Shown here: in pieces, positions 10,560 to 18,650 of the stretch
Layout: each line of letters starts with the position of its first letter
Numbering within the stretch: position 1 is the first letter of the stretch
DNA from: Iodidimonas sp. SYSU 1G8
GTDB lineage: Bacteria; Pseudomonadota; Alphaproteobacteria; SMXS01
Length of the DNA: 32,000 nucleotides
Direction: 5' to 3'
Assembly: GCF_039655775.1 (NCBI RefSeq)
Contig: NZ_JBBYXJ010000001.1
Span: 1,427,208-1,459,207 of the forward strand
Made by a program: the position numbers and the translations under genes
The notes under the pieces: model-generated
What the model was told of the DNA's origin: nothing
Databases searched by the model: none
Seen by the model: only the letters and a program-made list of their open reading frames with translations

Positions 10560-13500
10560 GACCAGACCTCCATTGCCTGATTGAGGTACCAAGAGAGCAA
10601 TTCGGGACCGAGACGGCAGAGAAAGCCGACTTCGGCGATGGGGGATCGCCTTGAGTCGACGTCTTCGAAGGTCCGGGCGCACCATGCATCCACTGCGCCT
10701 GGCATGGCCCTGTTCATTCGGGATGCCTTTGCGAGTTCCGCGAAAAAGGCTGGCGCTGCTTCGACGATCGACGCGCCCCTGCTGACCGCCGGTGGGGATT
10801 CAGGAACGCGATAGTTGGGTACGTCGCCCGAGCGGCCCAGCTCCCGATAGGCCAAGGAGCAGAGAGCGGCGGCATGGCTGATGCGCTCCTGGTTCGCCTC
10901 CCCTCGGCTTGCCCGCTCGACCCTGTCAGCGAAGCGTCTGCAAGCCTCGTCGTGACTCGCGAGGCGCTCGTTTTTTGCAGGAGGGTTATCCAGCCATGAT
11001 GCCAGGTTTCTCGCCCCCTCATCGTCGGCGTCGCGCAGGTTACCTGCAAGCGCGGTGCGGTCGGCGGAAAACAGCCCCGGCCAGACTTCGAGCGGATGAC
11101 GGAGCGGAACCCATGTCGGATTGGCGTCCGGGGGCGGCGCCACGCCTGCCGACCTAATCAACACATCGCGAGCTTCCGTATCACCGAGCGCTGCGGCGTC
11201 AGAGAGCTCTCTGCCTAGGACCGACCAGAGACGTTCTAGCGCGACGAGGTGATGATGCCAGCATTCTGGCGCCCAGCAGATGGCAAGGGCACTGCTCAAT
11301 CTTGAAAAGGCCAGCGCCTTCGTATCCTCGGGTAGCTCCATAAGTTCAAGACTATCGAGCGGCACAAGCGTGCCGTTTTCCTTCGCAACCGCCAAACCGT
11401 AGTGATCGCCTCTTGCCGACCGCAACGGGCTGGGCTGGGCGCCTGGCCTGAGACGTGCTTGCGCCTCGAAAAGCCAGACTCCGTCGGCGATGCTGCGTTC
11501 GGCGCAGTAGAGGCGCCACACGCCTTGAACCTGTTCCTGCGAAACGCCATCGTTCCGCGACAGCCGCTCCACGTCCCCTGTCAACAGGTTGATGCCTTCG
11601 AATTCGAAAAGGCTGACGTCGTCGTCGAACGTGCATTCGAGTACCGAGCGGCCTCCTCTTCGCTCCACGCCAGCGCGGCGAGGCGTGCAGGGCTGCGCGA
11701 TGATCGCAAGGGTTATGGCACTGACGGGATTTCCGCCGGGATAAAGTTCGACTTTCGCATCACCTTCATCGCCATGCAGTCCGGTCAGGGACAGGCGGCG
11801 GACACCGAGAGCGCCGAAAGCGCGGGTCTCGACCCTTGTCCCGAACGCGAGCGATGCCTCTCGGTCGTCGCAATAGACGCGGAGGTAAAGCGGGCGTCCG
11901 TCATCGAGGATCGTACTGCCTCGATCCAGGCCGCGCCGGTTCGCGCCCTCTTCCAGCTCGAGAAATATCCCCGGCCTCGGCAACCGGATACGGTAATGGC
12001 TCCCCTCAGCGCGGCGAAACGCCAGTTCGACCGATCTGTCCACGCCGGCTCCTATCGTTATGCCGCGGTCCCGGACGACCAGTCCAATGGAGGCCGACTG
12101 GTCGAAATTTTCGGGCACAGAACCCACGAAACAGCCGTCCTCCAGGCAGTCGAGCCTCGGCCACAGCCAAGCGCTCGCCGCCTGAACCAGCGCTCTTTGC
12201 TCGCCTGACCTCACCAGAGCCGCCGTAAGACGGTCGAAATTGGCACCAGGTTCCAGCACCGGAAAATCGGCGCGTCCGCTGCCCGCCTCGTCGAAAACGA
12301 CCGCTGACCTGCTCAGTTCGCCCGTCGACGTTCGCAGCACGACCTCGTATGGCGTGTTGAGTAGCAGCATTTCCCTGGGCAAGGCGCTTTCGACGCCCAG
12401 TGATGCCCCGGAAAAGACCGGCACGCCGCCGATGTCGCAGACGGCTGGACTCGACCAGATAAGGCGCGGCACCGCATGAGCCATAATCGCATGTTCCGAA
12501 CCGTCTGCTAGCCGGACGACGCGGCGGTCGCCATCGAACATTTCCACGGTCAGCATCCATAGCCCCGACAGCGACTGTGATGCCGGTTCCTGGTCGCAAT
12601 TGAACGGTTCCCGCGACACCAGATAAAGCTGCCCCGCCGGTGCTTCCAGACTGACGTGCCGCCCGGAAGCCGCATCGAAGATGCTAAACCGGGATGCTGT
12701 CCAGATGGGGAATTGCCGCGATGTCACCGGCTCATCGTCTGCCTCGAAATCAAGCCGCCGGGTCTCTACCGACACGCTGTCTTCGAATGAAACCGGCAGT
12801 TCCTCGCCGGCCTTTATCACCACCTCGCCGCTCCAGGAGCCCCGAACCGTCCACGTCCAGCCTGTTGCCTGGAGAGGCGTGACGATGACGATCTCGTCGC
12901 CATTGAACAGAACTTCCGGCCTCGGCCCGAGGCGCGCATAGCTGTCTCGCACCAGACTCCTACTGGTATTGATCGCCGAGGCGAACCGCGCCTCGAAAGC
13001 AGACTGTGGAGGATTTCCGTCTGCGAGGCGGCCAAAAGCCAGCGAATGCCATCCCAGCACGTCGTGCCTGAGCACCCTTGGCAGGTTCTTCGGTCCCCGC
13101 TGCTCCAGTCGGTCGACAAGAGCCTCATGCCAGAACCGAAGGCCATCGGGATCATGCGGATCGGGTGCCCCCAACTCCCTTTCGACCTGCAGACAGGCCG
13201 AGGCCAGGTCCGGCAGTACGGTATCGACCGGGCCGGCCTGGAGCTGGTATTCGTTCCGGCGTCTCCATGTTCCGGTCTCCCGCAGTTGCAGTTCTGTAAG
13301 AACGGGTAGCCCCAGATCCACGCAGGCGCGGCGGAAAGCTTGGTAGAAGCGCTCCCTGTCGAGTGGAGATAATTTTGAGCCGAGTTCAGCCTCGAAATGA
13401 GGATAGAGTTCGCCTTGGCCGTCGAGCCCCGTCTCCCGCTGCGCCAGGGACGCGAAATAGGCAACGGCAACGGCAGGAGACAGTCGGAAGAGCGGCTCGA

Positions 13501-13687
13501 TGCGAGCTATAGGCTGCGGTCCTTGCAGAAAGTCGTGAACCCCCCGAGCAACCTCTGCCGCGAGTTCATACTGACCCAGGAATGGCGACGCATCTACCAG
13601 AGTGAGCCGCGCTCGCAACGCCGCTTCGGCCTGTTTTATGGCCGCGTTCCTCACGAGTGAAATGGTTTCCGCCAGATCAAATTTCAT
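10556..13687 (-). CDS. Large protein of unknown function (1,043 aa), translationally coupled to the downstream helicase; DruH-position partner
   Basis: Track ORF 10556..13699 (GTG). I prefer ATG 13687 (MKFDLAETISLVRN...), which has GGTGGGGG a few nt upstream. It is a long uninterrupted frame with high third-position GC, and its stop overlaps the helicase ATG. I recognise no catalytic or binding motif. Confidence 0.8.
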   Translation of the reverse strand: MKFDLAETISLVRNAAIKQAEAALRARLTLVDASPFLGQYELAAEVARGVHDFLQGPQPIARIEPLFRLSPAVAVAYFASLAQRETGLDGQGELYPHFEAELGSKLSPLDRERFYQAFRRACVDLGLPVLTELQLRETGTWRRRNEYQLQAGPVDTVLPDLASACLQVERELGAPDPHDPDGLRFWHEALVDRLEQRGPKNLPRVLRHDVLGWHSLAFGRLADGNPPQSAFEARFASAINTSRSLVRDSYARLGPRPEVLFNGDEIVIVTPLQATGWTWTVRGSWSGEVVIKAGEELPVSFEDSVSVETRRLDFEADDEPVTSRQFPIWTASRFSIFDAASGRHVSLEAPAGQLYLVSREPFNCDQEPASQSLSGLWMLTVEMFDGDRRVVRLADGSEHAIMAHAVPRLIWSSPAVCDIGGVPVFSGASLGVESALPREMLLLNTPYEVVLRTSTGELSRSAVVFDEAGSGRADFPVLEPGANFDRLTAALVRSGEQRALVQAASAWLWPRLDCLEDGCFVGSVPENFDQSASIGLVVRDRGITIGAGVDRSVELAFRRAEGSHYRIRLPRPGIFLELEEGANRRGLDRGSTILDDGRPLYLRVYCDDREASLAFGTRVETRAFGALGVRRLSLTGLHGDEGDAKVELYPGGNPVSAITLAIIAQPCTPRRAGVERRGGRSVLECTFDDDVSLFEFEGINLLTGDVERLSRNDGVSQEQVQGVWRLYCAERSIADGVWLFEAQARLRPGAQPSPLRSARGDHYGLAVAKENGTLVPLDSLELMELPEDTKALAFSRLSSALAICWAPECWHHHLVALERLWSVLGRELSDAAALGDTEARDVLIRSAGVAPPPDANPTWVPLRHPLEVWPGLFSADRTALAGNLRDADDEGARNLASWLDNPPAKNERLASHDEACRRFADRVERASRGEANQERISHAAALCSLAYRELGRSGDVPNYRVPESPPAVSRGASIVEAAPAFFAELAKASRMNRAMPGAVDAWCARTFEDVDSRRSPIAEVGFLCRLGPELLSWYLNQAMEVWS

Positions 13688-14056
13688 TACGGCCCCCACC
13701 GCCTAAATCTTCGAACTTCACTGTAGCTTATCCGGGAATCCAAAAGCCCCTTTTTGAGAACCGGGCAACAACGCGCCCTAATTTACAGGGCCTGCATGGC
13801 TTGGCCTGCCCCTGAAAAGTGGTCCGGTTTCAACGATAGTTCATGGTTGGCCTTTGCACCAATGGTAACGCGCCTGGGTTAGCTGGTGCCGGTTGCGGGG
13901 CCGGCCGCGCAGGGACGTAGGTCTCGAGAGCTGGCGGCCGGCACCTTAACACCTTGACCAGCCACCCTCTTCGTCGATCACGAAGCATTAGCTTAGGACT
14001 AAACTGACCGATCCGAGTTGTCTGCCACTACTACTGTTTTGGGCGAGGAGTGGGCG

Positions 14057-16132
14057 TCATGGCATCTCGAATATGTCGACCTTAGTTTCGAGGCAACGGC
14101 GCAAGGCAAGATCGTTGCTGCCGATCGAATACCAACCTTCCGGGCGTTGATAAAAATCGAGACCACGCCCAATCTTCACGATCCAGCCGTTATCGACACG
14201 GATTTCCCGGTCGTGGAGGTTCTCGTTCAGCTCTATCGTCAGCAGGACATCAATTTCCAGCAGACTCTGCTTCAGTTCCTCCAGCTTCTCGTTCATGGCG
14301 GCTAGGTCCGTCTTATCATCGTAGCTAGTGACCAGCTTGATGTGACGCACGGTCGGCGCCTTCACGACGGCTTCGCAGAAACGAACAAAATTCGTGATCT
14401 GGTGCGGCAATCTGATGTACGGGTCTTCTATCATCAAAGCCTTTGCGCCGCGGAGATAGGGGCCGATGATGCTGTCGTACGTATGGCCGGTATCGCCATA
14501 GACGATCGTGAAGTGCTGTTCTTGGGGCTCGCACTCACTTTGACCCACGGCCACTTCGGTGGGCGCATCTATAGGCGGCGCGTCCCTGGCCGGTTCAGCC
14601 GCCTCAGGCTGTTCGATAGGCTCGGCTTGCAACCGGCGGCGGGCGGGTTCGAGCGTTGCATAGGCGCCAACGGACTCCGGGCAGCGAACAACGACTTCAG
14701 TGCCTTTGCTATCGATATAGGAGAGCTCGATCTGGGCAAATTCGTCGTCCGGCTTGCGCTTGTTCATCTGCTCCTTGATGCGGCGTCGGCATTCGACGGC
14801 ATAGGCGACGTATTCCTCGAACTCCTCGTCGCTTGGCGGGTCCACCGGGTGCAAAATCTTCAGGAAGGCGCACAGGGTCTTCTTAATGCCCTTCTCGTCG
14901 CGCCCCTCCACGGCCTTGCCCAGCTTCACACGCTTGCTGACCTCCTCGTAGCGGTTGCTGTGCTTCAGCTGATAGTGGAAGGCCTCTGCCAGGTAATCGG
15001 TGATCAGCCCGAAGCGGCCGGTTAGGTACGCGCTGCTGTTCTTCGGCATCTCCCAGCCGGGAAGATAGCAGGCGAAACGGTCCATGATGGCGAGATCGAA
15101 CTGCGGCGGCAGCGGCAGGAAGAGGTCGTAATCCGTGGACTTTACGATCTGTTCGATGGACTGGTCGATATTGCCCACGAAGGCCATGCTCGCGTTAGCG
15201 ATCACCTCCACGCCGCGGGAGAAGCGACCGTTCGCCATGAAGTCCTTCATGATCTGGATCGTATCGGGATCCTTGATCTTGATCCCACCGACCTCGTCGA
15301 AGGCGACCGTGTCCCAGAACCCGACCAGACCGATCTTATGCCGGGCGTTGTTGTAGAACAGGATCGATTTGGTTGCCTGGCCGCCGCTGATCAGCGTGGA
15401 GTAGGGTGAAAACTCGCTGAAGAAGTAGGATTTGCCGGTTCCCCTGGGCCCCAGTTCGATGAAGTTGAAGTTCGCCTCCACCAGCGGGGCGAGACGGGCG
15501 ATGAAATGGAATTTCAGGCGTTTCGAGAGTTTGGATGGCTCCAAGCCAACGGACCGCAGCACGCAATCCAGCCACTCGTCTCGGGTCAACTTGGAGCGCG
15601 CTTCGCCGTAAGCGGAGAAGTCGAAGCGGCTGAGCTGGATCGGCCGTAGATCTTCGACATAGAACGCATGATTGTCGCCGTCGATGTCGTTGTGGGCAAT
15701 CACCACCTCGGCCCAAATGCCGCCTTCCAGCAACCGGTCGGTATCGCGATAGAAGCGCTCGCCGATGGCGATGCGCTGCGATGCGAAGTTCTCGAGCGAG
15801 GCCCAGTGCCGGCGCTCCTTCTCGACATAGCGCACATGTACCTTGTCGATGAACTTGTGCTTGCCGGTCATCGCCACACGGGACTGCGCCGCATTGGCTT
15901 CGTCGGGCCGCACATAGTTTTCATGCAACGTCGCCAGCACGGCTTCCATGCCGGCCTGGATCTCTGCTGGATCATTGCTCGCGCAATAGCGAGCCAGCAG
16001 GAACTCCAGCACGAAAGTCGGGATATTCGTGCCCTTCTTGATCCGGTGCAGCAGGTCCTTGCGAACGACCTTACCTTCGAACACGTCATTCAGCTTGCGG
16101 TCGAGGTCGTCCATTTCCGGCTCAGACTGCAT
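14057..16132 (-). CDS. brxL: BREX type 1 BrxL-like AAA+ protein, variant with a C-terminal MIT_C/PLD-fold domain instead of the Lon-protease-like domain (691 aa)
   Basis: Start ATG 16132 overlaps the pglZ stop by 11 nt. The N-terminus KLNDVFEGKVVRKDLLHRIKKGTNIPTFVLEFLLARYCASNDP is BrxL-like. Other features: Walker A ELGPRGTGKS (nt 15428-15451), Walker B-like FWDTVAFDEV and MANGRFSRG. The C-terminal 150 aa carry IEDPYIR...HDREIRVDNGWIVKIGRGLDFY... Confidence 0.85.
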   Translation of the reverse strand: MQSEPEMDDLDRKLNDVFEGKVVRKDLLHRIKKGTNIPTFVLEFLLARYCASNDPAEIQAGMEAVLATLHENYVRPDEANAAQSRVAMTGKHKFIDKVHVRYVEKERRHWASLENFASQRIAIGERFYRDTDRLLEGGIWAEVVIAHNDIDGDNHAFYVEDLRPIQLSRFDFSAYGEARSKLTRDEWLDCVLRSVGLEPSKLSKRLKFHFIARLAPLVEANFNFIELGPRGTGKSYFFSEFSPYSTLISGGQATKSILFYNNARHKIGLVGFWDTVAFDEVGGIKIKDPDTIQIMKDFMANGRFSRGVEVIANASMAFVGNIDQSIEQIVKSTDYDLFLPLPPQFDLAIMDRFACYLPGWEMPKNSSAYLTGRFGLITDYLAEAFHYQLKHSNRYEEVSKRVKLGKAVEGRDEKGIKKTLCAFLKILHPVDPPSDEEFEEYVAYAVECRRRIKEQMNKRKPDDEFAQIELSYIDSKGTEVVVRCPESVGAYATLEPARRRLQAEPIEQPEAAEPARDAPPIDAPTEVAVGQSECEPQEQHFTIVYGDTGHTYDSIIGPYLRGAKALMIEDPYIRLPHQITNFVRFCEAVVKAPTVRHIKLVTSYDDKTDLAAMNEKLEELKQSLLEIDVLLTIELNENLHDREIRVDNGWIVKIGRGLDFYQRPEGWYSIGSNDLALRRCLETKVDIFEMP

Positions 16133-18650
16133 AGTCAGTCTCCAGTTCCAGGGTGGCATAAGCAGCCATCGTCACCGGGTTGAGCGCCTTGAGCGTAAAC
16201 TTGCCATGGAATTCCATGTCCATCCTTATAGCCACCTGTTCCCGCTGGCCGGGTTTGAGCGTCAACGTGCCCGTCGCTGGATCAACCGGGTCGCTCCGTT
16301 TCGCCTCGCCGACAACATCACCCTTTCGGTTCTGGGCTTCCAGCAGGATCTCGAAATCGACCGCCTGTGAGAACATGTCAGCGCTCTCCACCAGAAGATC
16401 GACGACCGGCAGCCGCGTCGTCACCCGTGTGGCGCCATTCTTGTAAATCAGTTTAACCGAAGCGACAGGCAGCGCGGCCTGGCTTACCGGTTTCAAGCGG
16501 ACCGTGAGTACGGGCACGACTGCTTCCTGTAAGGAAAGGCCGCCGTGGAAATATTTGAGGCCGCGGCGGTAGGGCGCCATGGTGCGCGGTCCGGCGAACA
16601 TTCCGAAGTCTCCGCGAATGCCGACTCTAGCTGCAGGAAGCGCAAAATTCTGGGCATCCTCCGCGCCGTCACCAAGAAGCGCACGGTCATGAATGGTGAG
16701 CCAGCTACCCGGCGGCCTCGCGCATAGATCGCCCGCTTCGCCATGGGCATTGAGATAAAATCCGTGGTCTGTGACGATCACAGCATCGGTGAAGCCGCGC
16801 TCCTTAAGCCGGTGGATTGCCACCCGTATCGAGTTCAAGGTTTGTCCGATAACCCCGAGAGTGCTTTCCGGATTGGTCTCCAAGAGACTGTCAATCTCTG
16901 TGCTTCGCAACACGAGCAGATCGACCGTTTCAGCGACCGAGCTCTTCTTATTGCCGATAAAGTCGGAAAGCGTGGTCTCGGCAAATCGATCTCCGAAACG
17001 CGCACGCAGCACTCCCATCCTATGCGGGACAGTTGCAACCGGATTTCCATCCAACTTGGGCATGATGCCACCATTCTCACGGGCGATGCTCAGCCCTGCA
17101 CCAGCGCCTGGCAGCAAGCTGGCCATGCCCACCGGTGTGATGGTCGGCACTTGAGCATAGGCCGACACTAGGTCTGCCTGTCCCGCATCCATGAGCAACC
17201 GGTGTAGGACGACCCCAAGCTCGTAGCGCAGCGCGTCGACCAGGATGTATGCTAACCTACGCCCACGCTCGGCAAGGATCGGCGCTACGATACGATCGAA
17301 CACGTCGGCGTTCGCGAGCCGGCCTTGCGGTGGCCAACCGGCTGTCGGCAGATGCCGGGTAAACAGCGTCTGAATCTTGGTCGCAACCTTTGCGTAGTGC
17401 TGTCGAGCATGGTCGACCACGTCATCCACCACCGGATCGTGAGACACATAGTCCCCGACGGCCTGCTCGAACTCCCGTTGCAGACGGTCCACTTCGCGCA
17501 GGCGCGTCCCATAATGATCGAGCAAAGCATCCATGCTCCAACCGCGATCTGCCAAGCTAGCGTCCGCGGATTGGCACTCTTCGACGAGCTGAAGCGCTGC
17601 CGTCACCAGCTGCCACTGCGCCTGGCTCTCGCCCTTGCCGAGCCAGACGGACTGCCGATGCCGCGTCACAATGTCGCGAATGTCATCTAGACGATCGTCC
17701 TTGAGCGCATTGACGGCGGCGGCCAGAAAGGTCCGCTCCTCGAACGGAAAAGTGTCCTTGATTCCAAGGTCAAAAATTCCTGCACAGGCCTCCACGAGAC
17801 CGAGGTCGCCCTCGATCTCCTCCGCCCGTTCGATATAGGACTGCCGTCGCCTCGTATCCTGACGCAAAGTGTCGCAGAGATATTCGACGAGCGGCCGAGC
17901 GGCCTCGGATCCACGAGGTACGCTCGCCAAGTTGGCAGGGAGCGCGGCAGGCAGGTCGAAGACGAACTCGCTGAACAGCAGAAACCGCCACAGCTCATCC
18001 GCAATGGCCGACCATGTTTTGCCCCGAGTGGCCAGCTTCAGGCCGAGGGACGCAGCCAACAGCGCTCGCACCTCGCTAACCCAGGCATCCTTTTCCTTCA
18101 GCTTTGCTAGCTGCTGCTGTGACGGCGCCAACAGCGCCAGCAGAATGTCGCGGGCGGATTCGACCCCAAGGATGGTCCGAAGCACCGGATAGCCGACGCC
18201 GCCACCGATGTTATCGACGAGCTCAAACGAGGGCGAAGGATCAGAGTCGAAAAGGCGGCGAATTTCGGTGGCGTGATCAGGCTTCGCTCGGAGGCATAGG
18301 CTCAGATATTCGTCGCCAGCGCCATCGGGAAACACGGCCCCGCCTACCGCGAAAATACTGAAGGGATCGTTTGCTCGCTCTTCATCAGTCGTCGGCAACC
18401 GGGCCGGCACATAGATTAGCAGAGCCTTCGGCTCCGATGGGCGCGGTTGGCCGAGCTTCATAAACGTCTGGAGCGCAGCCTCGCGGCTTTCGATGCCGCT
18501 CGCTGAAGCATCCACAACAGCAACTGTGTCGGAGGCCATGCCTTGGCAGAGCTCTCCATACCGTTGCTCCAGGTCGTAGACCACAAGGCAGGTTGCCTTC
18601 GCCAACCGAGGACGCAAAACGTGGTCGCAAAAAAAGGAGCGCAAGCTCAT
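16122..18650 (-). CDS. pglZ: BREX PglZ, alkaline-phosphatase-superfamily protein (842 aa)
   Basis: ATG 18650 overlaps the stop of the upstream GmrSD-like gene as ATGA. PglZ-domain strings YILVDALRYELG and AVIVTDHGF are present. It sits between pglX and brxL, as in type 1 BREX. Confidence 0.9.
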   Translation of the reverse strand: MSLRSFFCDHVLRPRLAKATCLVVYDLEQRYGELCQGMASDTVAVVDASASGIESREAALQTFMKLGQPRPSEPKALLIYVPARLPTTDEERANDPFSIFAVGGAVFPDGAGDEYLSLCLRAKPDHATEIRRLFDSDPSPSFELVDNIGGGVGYPVLRTILGVESARDILLALLAPSQQQLAKLKEKDAWVSEVRALLAASLGLKLATRGKTWSAIADELWRFLLFSEFVFDLPAALPANLASVPRGSEAARPLVEYLCDTLRQDTRRRQSYIERAEEIEGDLGLVEACAGIFDLGIKDTFPFEERTFLAAAVNALKDDRLDDIRDIVTRHRQSVWLGKGESQAQWQLVTAALQLVEECQSADASLADRGWSMDALLDHYGTRLREVDRLQREFEQAVGDYVSHDPVVDDVVDHARQHYAKVATKIQTLFTRHLPTAGWPPQGRLANADVFDRIVAPILAERGRRLAYILVDALRYELGVVLHRLLMDAGQADLVSAYAQVPTITPVGMASLLPGAGAGLSIARENGGIMPKLDGNPVATVPHRMGVLRARFGDRFAETTLSDFIGNKKSSVAETVDLLVLRSTEIDSLLETNPESTLGVIGQTLNSIRVAIHRLKERGFTDAVIVTDHGFYLNAHGEAGDLCARPPGSWLTIHDRALLGDGAEDAQNFALPAARVGIRGDFGMFAGPRTMAPYRRGLKYFHGGLSLQEAVVPVLTVRLKPVSQAALPVASVKLIYKNGATRVTTRLPVVDLLVESADMFSQAVDFEILLEAQNRKGDVVGEAKRSDPVDPATGTLTLKPGQREQVAIRMDMEFHGKFTLKALNPVTMAAYATLELETDYAV

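Noticed and set aside
10560-10685. 42-codon N-terminal extension of the helicase ORF (MVRPDLRRRRLKAIPHRRSR...)
   Set aside because: It lies inside the upstream gene and is Arg/Ser-rich nonsense. ATG 10559 gives a clean ATGA coupling.
11402-12208. 268-aa + strand ORF inside the 1,043-aa gene
   Set aside because: It is an antisense shadow of a much longer uninterrupted frame. The same reasoning applies to 12006..12599 and 12817..13470 in other frames.
4428-13687. DISARM (DrmA/DrmB) as the identity of the helicase cassette
   Set aside because: In DISARM, as I recall, the helicase and DUF1998 functions are accompanied by a PLD protein (DrmC) and a methyltransferase or SNF2 gene, in a 4-5 gene operon. 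Here helicase and DUF1998 are fused in one ~2,000-aa protein with a single unknown partner.
13885-13945. Inverted repeats GGTGCCGG/CCGGCACC and GCCGGCCGC/GCGGCCGGC, plus the small hairpin 13969-13985, as the brxL terminator
   Set aside because: The stems are real, but they have long loops, competing pairings and no U-tract on the minus strand. I cannot support a terminator call.
14342-15025. 227-aa + strand ORF
   Set aside because: It is antisense to brxL, whose AAA+ motifs are clear.
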